A stretch of 64,000 nucleotides of DNA from the NCBI GenBank assembly GCA_040290295.1, contig PSMW01000001.1, positions 79,298 through 143,297 of the forward strand. The letters run 5' to 3'. Position numbers and translations under genes: made by a program. Shown one piece after another: positions 1 through 7,500 of this stretch. Source of the stretch: Ignavibacteria bacterium. Lineage in GTDB: Bacteria; Bacteroidota; Ignavibacteria; UBA10030; UBA6906. Below the pieces are notes generated by a model that did no database searches, was not told the DNA's origin, and worked only from the letters and a program-made list of their open reading frames with translations. Numbering within the stretch: the first letter of the stretch is position 1; each line of letters starts with the position of its first letter.

Positions 1-1
1 T

Positions 2-424
2 CATATCAATTTCGGATCGAGTTTCCTCACCGATACCGCTCGTCGCAAAAGCGAAGCGATCGATGCCGCCCTCACTCGGTATTTCGAAGAGCACAACCTT
101 CACCCCTCCGATTCGCTTGCGGTGGCGTACGAGCAACAGTATCGCGCCGAGCATCCACGAACATACGCCGACGTGAAAGATGTTGTGGCTCATATCGATC
201 ACGTCGTGCAGTTGGTGGGGATCGACTACGTCGGGCTTGGCTCCGACTTCGACGGCGTCGGCGATTCGCTGCCGACAGGCCTGAAGGATGTATCGATGTA
301 TCCCAATCTCATCTATGAACTGTTGGATCGGGGCTACACGGAGGACGATATCCGGAAAATCTGTGGAGAGAATCTTCTGCGGGTGTGGGCGGAAGTCGAA
401 CGCATCGCAGCAGGCTATCCCTAA
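2..424 (+). CDS. Membrane dipeptidase (peptidase M19 / renal dipeptidase family), C-terminal fragment; the 5' end lies outside the window
   Basis: Frame 2 is open from base 2 (HINFGSSFLTDTARRK...). The translation contains GIDYVGLGSDFDGVGDSLPTGLKDVSMYPNLIYELLDRGYTEDDIRKICGENLLRVW, typical of the M19 C-terminus. Stop TAA at 422-424. Confidence 0.8.
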   Translation, partial: HINFGSSFLTDTARRKSEAIDAALTRYFEEHNLHPSDSLAVAYEQQYRAEHPRTYADVKDVVAHIDHVVQLVGIDYVGLGSDFDGVGDSLPTGLKDVSMYPNLIYELLDRGYTEDDIRKICGENLLRVWAEVERIAAGYP

Positions 425-1707
425 TAATCCGCCGAGTTCGTCTCTTCCTTCCTCCATGCGCCAACAGCATAGCACAGCAACGTCGGAATCAACACAAGGC
501 TGAATCGTGCGAGGGCATAGAGAGGAAGATGAGAGAGAACATAGAAGCCCATGACCAGCGGAGGCAAAGCAACGAAGCGGTGCCGTCCGCTCATCCGCAT
601 TGCCTTTCTCATTCCCATCACCGACAAGACGACCAAGGGCAGTTGGAGCCACGAGGTCACCATAGTCGCTACGGCTGAACTGCTGATGGTCCAAAACATG
701 ACAGCATTCAGCATAAGCTTCCGCGCAAAGAAGAGTGGATCGTCGAGATAGCGTTCGATCGACGACTGCATGATGCGGTGGTCGAGTTCATAATCGCCGC
801 GTCGTTCTGCTTCGTGTAGCGCCCTCTGCGTCACCGTGTCCCCGCTAGCGAGAATGTGAGGCTTGCCGATCTGGACGAGTTTCATGTAGCTCAGCGGCGC
901 TTCGAAGTAATGTTCTGCCAGCACGTCGCCCATGCGAAAATTGAACCCGACGAGCGTGTGTACCGGTATCGGTTTTCCCGTGAGGTGCAGGTTCCGCATC
1001 GTCCACGGTAGAACAACGAACAGCGAAGCACAGAAGAGCATGATCGCGTGAAAGATGCGATGACGGTGCCCGGATCGGAAGAGCATAAAAAGCGCGGCAG
1101 CGAGCGGGAGCGGAAGAAACGTTTGCTTGCACAACGCCGCTGTGCCACCGAGTACTCCCGCGAGAAATACGCGCGGCAGGGATGGTCGTGTTCCGTACCA
1201 GAAAAGGAGGGCAATGAATACCGTGAAGAGAAATACCGAAAGAGTCTCGATGACGATCCGGGCGGTGTACCATAACAAGAAAGGATGGATGGCACAGAGG
1301 AGAGCCGCGCTCAACGCTTTGCTCACGCGCTGCCACAACATCCTTCCTATGACGAAGCAGAGTATCGTCGTCGCACCGTGGAGCATTGCCTGCGCGATTT
1401 GCACACTGACCGGATACACATGTTCCCCGAAGAAGAGGACAGCGGCGACAAACGCAGGATACAACGGTCCTCGCAGAATCGTCGGCGTTTTGCTGGGATA
1501 GTAGGTCAGTGTCTGCACCTTGTACAAGCCATAGGCGAGCTTGTCGTAGCCGTCCTCTGCGATCTTGCTGTTGAGCGGATCGGCTATGCGAGGGTAGAGA
1601 ATGAGAGCGAAGATCATCGAGCCAAGAACGGCAAGGATGCCCACGAGCGTTGTCAGCGTCGTTGGCGAGGTGTGCTTGATGCGGGTGAGAAATGCACGTG
1701 CGTTCAT
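421..1707 (-). CDS. GT-C fold membrane glycosyl/arabinosyltransferase (ArnT/PMT family 39/83-like)
   Basis: Polytopic membrane protein with an ArnT-like N-terminal region (EDGYDKLAYGLY..., RGPLYPAF, many TM helices). The first 102 aa of the ORF-track ORF overlap the upstream gene. ATG at 1705-1707 (MNARAFLTRIK) forms an ATGA overlap with the stop of the CPBP gene. Confidence 0.6.
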   Translation of the reverse strand: MNARAFLTRIKHTSPTTLTTLVGILAVLGSMIFALILYPRIADPLNSKIAEDGYDKLAYGLYKVQTLTYYPSKTPTILRGPLYPAFVAAVLFFGEHVYPVSVQIAQAMLHGATTILCFVIGRMLWQRVSKALSAALLCAIHPFLLWYTARIVIETLSVFLFTVFIALLFWYGTRPSLPRVFLAGVLGGTAALCKQTFLPLPLAAALFMLFRSGHRHRIFHAIMLFCASLFVVLPWTMRNLHLTGKPIPVHTLVGFNFRMGDVLAEHYFEAPLSYMKLVQIGKPHILASGDTVTQRALHEAERRGDYELDHRIMQSSIERYLDDPLFFARKLMLNAVMFWTISSSAVATMVTSWLQLPLVVLSVMGMRKAMRMSGRHRFVALPPLVMGFYVLSHLPLYALARFSLVLIPTLLCYAVGAWRKEETNSADY

Positions 1708-2663
1708 CGTGCCATCCACATCTGCATGCTTCCTGCAAGCTCCATCAGGTACGCGACGCCGAGGTGAAGCATCACTCCGCCATAAATGGATTTGGTGTTG
1801 TAGGAAATGATGCCGAGGATCAATCCCCCCACAATCGAACCGGCCGCTTCGCCGATGGGCTTTTGAAAGTGAATGAACGCGTACACCACAACCATTGGAA
1901 GAATGGAAGCCGAGCCGAGAAACCGCGCAAATGCCATTACCATGAATCCTCGAAAGAGAAACTCGACGAAGACAAAATCCAGGCCGTAGGAGAACTGAAA
2001 TGCTGCCGCCCACGCCGTTCGTTTACCCGGCGCCAACGACGCTGGTAGGCCGAACGTGAAGCGCGGATACGCCTCTCGAAAGTCGGGACTGAACGACGCC
2101 GCAAACACAATCGGCACCAATAAGAGCAAGATGAACGCATAGGTTCTCAAGCGGATGTTCGACGTGCTGAAGCCATACAGATATGTCGCTCGCCGATCGT
2201 ACACGTACCAGTATGCGGCGATAGGTCCGAGCACTGCAACACCAGGAACGACATTGCTTGCAAAGCGCGCGATATAGGTATGAAGCTCCGCGGGTACGAA
2301 GAGGAGCATGTCGGGATGCGACCGAACGAAAGCGAAAGGTACGTTGTGCAAGACCACATACACGGCAAGCAGAATGAACCAGAAATGGAACAAGAACCAG
2401 AAATGCGCTTCTCGCATCACCTCCCATCGTCGATGCACCGCGCTCCAGAGCGCCAGCGTGATGAAATACGGAACGGCATAGAAGAAATAATAAAATGCTG
2501 CTTCTTCCCACGGCGAGGTCAGTCGGCGCAGGACAGTTGTCTCGAAGTCGAAGCCGTAATTGATGCCGAAGCTGATCATCAGCACCAATGCTGTGCCGCC
2601 GAAGAGGCGGGCATTCCACTTGTGGCGGAGGTACTCTCGAATATACTGAACGATGACTTTCAC
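1704..2663 (-). CDS. CPBP family intramembrane glutamic endopeptidase (CAAX protease / Abi-like)
   Basis: Multi-TM protein with a VEFLFRGF (EExxxR-type) motif, an FIHFQKP histidine motif and a C-terminal GGVMLHLGVAY motif. Translationally coupled (ATGA) to the downstream GT-C gene. Confidence 0.7.
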   Translation of the reverse strand: MKVIVQYIREYLRHKWNARLFGGTALVLMISFGINYGFDFETTVLRRLTSPWEEAAFYYFFYAVPYFITLALWSAVHRRWEVMREAHFWFLFHFWFILLAVYVVLHNVPFAFVRSHPDMLLFVPAELHTYIARFASNVVPGVAVLGPIAAYWYVYDRRATYLYGFSTSNIRLRTYAFILLLLVPIVFAASFSPDFREAYPRFTFGLPASLAPGKRTAWAAAFQFSYGLDFVFVEFLFRGFMVMAFARFLGSASILPMVVVYAFIHFQKPIGEAAGSIVGGLILGIISYNTKSIYGGVMLHLGVAYLMELAGSMQMWMAR

Positions 2664-2690
2664 GCTCGGCTTGCCGGCGAAGGATTGCGC

Positions 2691-4331
2691 TTATCCTTCT
2701 TTCTTCGCGGGCATCGGGAGCTGCTGAATGACTTCGAGAAGCTTGTCGCCATCGATAGGTTTTTGCAGGAACGCGTCAATACCGGCAGCGAGCACTTCCT
2801 TGGTCGAATAGAACTGCGAGTAAGCAGTGACCATGAGGATCGGGAAGCCGGGCCAATCCTTTTTGACGCGTCGAGAGAATTCGATGCCGTTCATCTTCGG
2901 CATGTCGAGATCGACGATCGCGAGGTCTGGTGCTTCCACGTGCATCATCTCAAGAGCATGCTCGCCGTTGCCTGCTTCGCACACACGATAGCCGTGCGAG
3001 AGAAGCAGATGTTTCAACGCCTCGCGGAAGTCCTCGTTGTCGTCGATGAGGAGAATGGTTGGACCTTTTTTCATATCGCTTACCATATCGATTGGGTTGA
3101 ACATATTCCCCCCATGAGTTGATGATGAGTGATGAAGTGCTTCGCGCGTTGCTTCGATGGCAAAAGTCATCTCCTGTGCGGTGTTGTAGAAATGGGGCGC
3201 GTAGCGGAGTTTTCCTTCACGCACAGCGACGGTGATGTTCTGTTTGAGCAATGTTCGAAACACGAGTTTTGCGTTTGTTGATGGTGGCAACTCGATGGTC
3301 AGGATGCCAGCTCTCTCGTGGTCAGCGTCGGGAGTGATCGCTTGTACTCCCGGGATCTGACTCAACCCATCCAGCAACATGCGCGTCAGGTTCAAGATCC
3401 TTCGTTCGATTTGCGTGGCGCCGAACGAGAGCAAAACCTCCAGTGCCGCCGCCAAGCCGTACAACCCCGGAATGTTGCGCGTACCGCCTTCAAACATGCG
3501 TGCCGATGATGCGAGCGGTTGATTGGAGTTAAAGAAATCCCACGGATCTTCCACGGCAAGCCAACCCACAAAGGCAGGCTGTATGCGTTGCTGCAACTCT
3601 TCGGTGATGTATAGCCAGCCCGTTCCCTGAGGGGCCAGTTGCCACTTTTGGCATCCCGAAGCCAGCGCGTCAATCTTCATTCGTTGCACGTCCAGCTCGA
3701 CGGCACCTGCCGCTTGAATACCGTCCACAACAAAGAGGATTCCTCTACTCCGACAGAGCGACCCGATCGCCTCGAGGTCGGCGCGGTAGCCGGTAAGGAA
3801 TTGCACCGCACTGAGCGCGACCAGTCGTGTGCGAGGAGTGATCGCTTTGGCGATACGCTCGGCTGTTGGGTGTCCGTCGCGTTGAGGAATCACATCGATT
3901 TCCACTCCATGGCTTTTCAGTGCGCGGTAGGGCCAAACGTTCGCCGGAAATTCCGCCTCGTGCAACACAATGCGATCGCCACTCTTCCACTTCAAGCCAA
4001 CAGCGACCACGTTGATCGGGTCGGAAGTGTTTGTCATCAGCGCGATGCGGTCGGGAGATTCAGCATGGATCAGGCGAGCAACAAGGCGGCGACACTCTTC
4101 GATCTTCGCAACATCCTTCGTCATGGAGGTTTCGATCATTCCGGCTGAACGTTCGTGGAGATGTGCCGTGATCGCTTCGACGACGCGCGTGCACATAGGC
4201 GCAGTGCCGGCGTGATTGAGATACACTTTCCCTTGCTGCGTGTGGGGAAAGAGTATTCGCGCCGACTGCAAGGCATCGGCGTTGACCGTCTCTTCCGGTT
4301 GAAGAGTTTCTGAAATCATCCTCGTACGCAA
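2691..4331 (-). CDS. Class-V aminotransferase-fold PLP enzyme (cysteine desulfurase / selenocysteine lyase-like) fused to a C-terminal response-regulator receiver domain
   Basis: A single 546-aa ORF with no internal stop. N-terminal ~410 aa: VYLNHAGTAP, LVALSAVQFLTGY, FVVDGIQAAG, PLP-lysine context ASGCQKWQLAPQGTGWLY. C-terminal ~120 aa: REC motifs ILLIDDNED, LAIVDLDMPKMNG, ILMVTAY, FLQKP. Confidence 0.75.
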   Translation of the reverse strand: MRTRMISETLQPEETVNADALQSARILFPHTQQGKVYLNHAGTAPMCTRVVEAITAHLHERSAGMIETSMTKDVAKIEECRRLVARLIHAESPDRIALMTNTSDPINVVAVGLKWKSGDRIVLHEAEFPANVWPYRALKSHGVEIDVIPQRDGHPTAERIAKAITPRTRLVALSAVQFLTGYRADLEAIGSLCRSRGILFVVDGIQAAGAVELDVQRMKIDALASGCQKWQLAPQGTGWLYITEELQQRIQPAFVGWLAVEDPWDFFNSNQPLASSARMFEGGTRNIPGLYGLAAALEVLLSFGATQIERRILNLTRMLLDGLSQIPGVQAITPDADHERAGILTIELPPSTNAKLVFRTLLKQNITVAVREGKLRYAPHFYNTAQEMTFAIEATREALHHSSSTHGGNMFNPIDMVSDMKKGPTILLIDDNEDFREALKHLLLSHGYRVCEAGNGEHALEMMHVEAPDLAIVDLDMPKMNGIEFSRRVKKDWPGFPILMVTAYSQFYSTKEVLAAGIDAFLQKPIDGDKLLEVIQQLPMPAKKEG

Positions 4332-4532
4332 AATAACGTATGCACTGCGGATAAAAGCGGTAGCATCGACTTCAAGACAACATGTGGTCTAAAAATAGAA
4401 ACTTGGAGCAGGAGATGCAAAAGGAAAATCGTATGTGTGCATATCCTCTAATCACCTGTGCGCTATTAGCCATCAAAGATAACGGCCATTCTCACGATCG
4501 GGCATACTCGTACACTTTCAACGCAATCAGCT

Positions 4533-4548
4533 TGGCACCCTGCTTGAC
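4533..4548 (+). promoter_or_regulatory. Variant sigma-54-type -24/-12 element (TGGCAC-N5-TTGA) upstream of the glycosylation megagene
   Basis: Sequence cTTGGCACCCTGCTTGAc lies in the 259-bp intergenic region, 43-88 nt upstream of the candidate starts. The -24 GG is perfect; the -12 reads GA instead of GC. Confidence 0.3.
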
Positions 4549-4590
4549 CTTTCGCCTGTACTGTAGATACGGCAGGCACAACAGCGAACA

Positions 4591-7500
4591 GTGCCGTATC
4601 GACAGAACAGTACATCACACGAGAGCGTGATTCTGATGAAGCAGTGTGGATATACCGCAACCTCTCATTTCCAAATATCGAAGCGTGAAGAGTTGGGTGC
4701 CCTTTTCAATCGGCTTGGTTTGCTGGGCAACGGCGCAGAAATCGGAGTTCAGGCGGGAGCCTTTTCTGCGGTACAGAGACGAAGCTGGCAGGGTAAGCGA
4801 CTGCATTTGATCGGCCGTTGGCGCCACGCGGAGGACTATCATGATATTGCCAACGTTTCCCAACCCCAACAGGATAGACTCTACCGATCCGTGATCGAGA
4901 AGTTTTCCGGTGATCGCATCGTCACGATCTATCGGTTAGACTCGGTGGAAGCCGCTTCGCAATTCCCCGATAATTTTTTCGATTGGATCTATCTCGATGC
5001 CGACCACTCGTACAACGAGTGTACAGCGGACCTGCATGCATGGTATCCAAAACTCAGAGCGGGCGGCGTTTTCGCGGGACACGCTTTTGTGGATGGTGTC
5101 GTTGAGGCGGGGGAGTTCGGAGTCAAATCGGGGGTCGAGGAATTCATCAAACCCTTACACATTGAGCTGTTCTTCACTCAAGAAAGCGAGTGGAAGTCGT
5201 GGTACTTCGTGAAGCCCGACCATCAGGGATGTGCCTTCGTAACTCTTGCCGCGGGAGAGTTCTTTCAACGAACGTTCGACCGTTACTTTCGCGAGAGCCT
5301 CGAGCAGTACGCAGAAAGAGTTGGAGTTCCACGCTACATTTTTCGTGAACCGTGGGATCGCACACCCTCCGCACTCCGGCGAAGCCTTGCTTGGCAGAAG
5401 CTCCTGATCTTCGAACTCCCGGATCTTGCGCGCTTCGATCGGTTGTGTTGGCTCGACGCCGATATCATGACAACGAGGTCGTCGGAGAACATCTTCGAAT
5501 GCGTTGCCGGAAATCAATGGGGTGCTGTGAGTGAGCTGAGGAATTTCACTTCTCCCGATGAATTGGGGCGAGTGTACGAGAGCCGGGGCGTTCCTGTTCT
5601 CTCGGATATGATCAATACCGGTGTGCTGGTTGTGCACCGCCAAACTCATGCACACGCGATGCATGCACTCTATGGTGAGGCGATGGAGCGGCGAGGTCAA
5701 CCGGAACAGCGAGATGGAGGGTGGTTCGAGCAGCCGTATCTGTCTCACGTACTCATGTCCGAGTTCACAGGAACCGTGTTACCAGTACGCTTCAATCGGC
5801 TTGTTGTGCGCCATCTCCTCCGACTACCGAGGCCACAGGACGTCTATACCATGTTGTCGCGTTCATCGGTCTTTCTCCACTGGCCCGGCCGCCCAGCGGA
5901 GAAGTTTTCGGAGGATGAACTAGAAAGCGTGATGTCGATCGTCCAATCCACGGAAGTCGAACGAGTGAGCATTCCAGCCAAGACGTCGTCGCTTCATGCT
6001 CTACAAACCACCACCAGTACACTACGGGGGCACACCATGAGTCATGCACGAATCACGTTTGCCATTCTCACCCATAATGCACTCGAATACACGAAACGGT
6101 GTTTGCAAAGCATCGAACGCACTACGCCCGCTCCTTACCGCATCGTCGTGGTGGACAACGCGTCGACTGATGGGACGCCTCAATGGTTAGCCGAATGCGG
6201 CATCGAAAATCTCCACTATGTGTTAATCGAGAAGAACCTTGGCGTTCCGGGTGGAAGGAACAGACTGATTTGTGAGATCATGCCGAGTCTTGAACCGAGT
6301 GAATTTGTCCTCTTTCTCGACAATGATGTCGAGTTGCTCGATGGATGGTATCTGCCCTTCCTTCACTTGTTCCAGAAAGAGCCGACGGTGGGGATTGCAG
6401 GTGTGGTAGGGCATTCGATTATTGTAGGCAAGGATAGACGTGACCTTCTCCCTGCTCCTACCCAACAAGCCGAGGAGGTCGATCTTGTTTCTGGGTTCTT
6501 CATGCTTATGCGTTCTGACGCGATCCGCGCTGTCGGATTTTTTGATGAAACTCTCGGACGGTTCTGGCACGAGGATGATGACTACTGCATTCGTGCGAAA
6601 GGGGCAGGCTTTAGGGTGTTTGCGGTTCCTACAAAAGCCGTGTTCCACCACGCGCATAAGTCGGGCGTAGCATTACCGAGTATTGCCAAGGGTGGATCGC
6701 CGGAGAACCAAAAGTATCTCGCAAAGAAGTGGCGATGTTTGGGTTTAGTGAACGCACATGGGAAGATTGTGCAGCGCCGTGGAGTTGCTGCCAAGAGAGC
6801 GAAGCAGGTCATCATTGGCGTCGATGCTCGGACGTTCCAGTATCAAGAGTCGGTCTCACGCGGGATCGGGCATTATTCATTCTCTCATCTTCTGCACGTT
6901 GCCCGACTTCGTCCTGATTGGCAGTTCGTACTCTACCGGGAATCCGACAACATACCGTCGAGCATGGAACCGCTCCTTGCACTGCCGAATGTTACCACCA
7001 AGAGTGTGGATGAGTACACGAGCAATGCGATCGATCTTTTCCATGTGTGCGATCCGTTGAATGCACTGTTCGGATTCGATTCACCGTTTCGTCTCTTCCC
7101 CGCAGAGCGCATGACCGTGACCTTCTATGACCTGACCCCGCTGCGTCTCTATTTTCCTGTGATGCCGGAAAGCTTTCAGACGGCGTATCGTCAACGCCTG
7201 CGACAACTCCAGCAGAGTGGAGCTACGCTTCTGGCGATTTCTCAATACACCAGAGATGATCTGATCAGGGAGGGCATCGTCCCTGCTGATCGGGTAGAAG
7301 TCGTTATGGCCGGCTTGAACCAGTCGGTTGGTCCGAAGAGCTTCCCGTCGGATTCTGTTCGTGAGCTTAAGTCTCGGCTGAGCATTTCGAAGCCCTTCTT
7401 CCTCCACGTGGGTGCTCTCGATCCGCATAAGAATTTTGAAACAACGTTGAAAGCTTTTGTCACGTGCTCGAAGCGAATGCCATGTCAACTTGTTGTTGTA

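Noticed and set aside
1708-2013. N-terminal 102-aa extension of the GT-C transferase ORF (ORF track 421-2013)
   Set aside because: The extension overlaps the C-terminal coding region of the CPBP gene in another frame, and its sequence is Arg/Gly/Cys-rich nonsense. The ATG at 1705-1707, with its ATGA coupling, is the sensible start. I trimmed similar upstream extensions at 11854, 18122, 19839, 20252, 22242, 26484, 35408, 36601, 40489, 47544, 48590 and 61367, using RBS positions and conserved N-termini.
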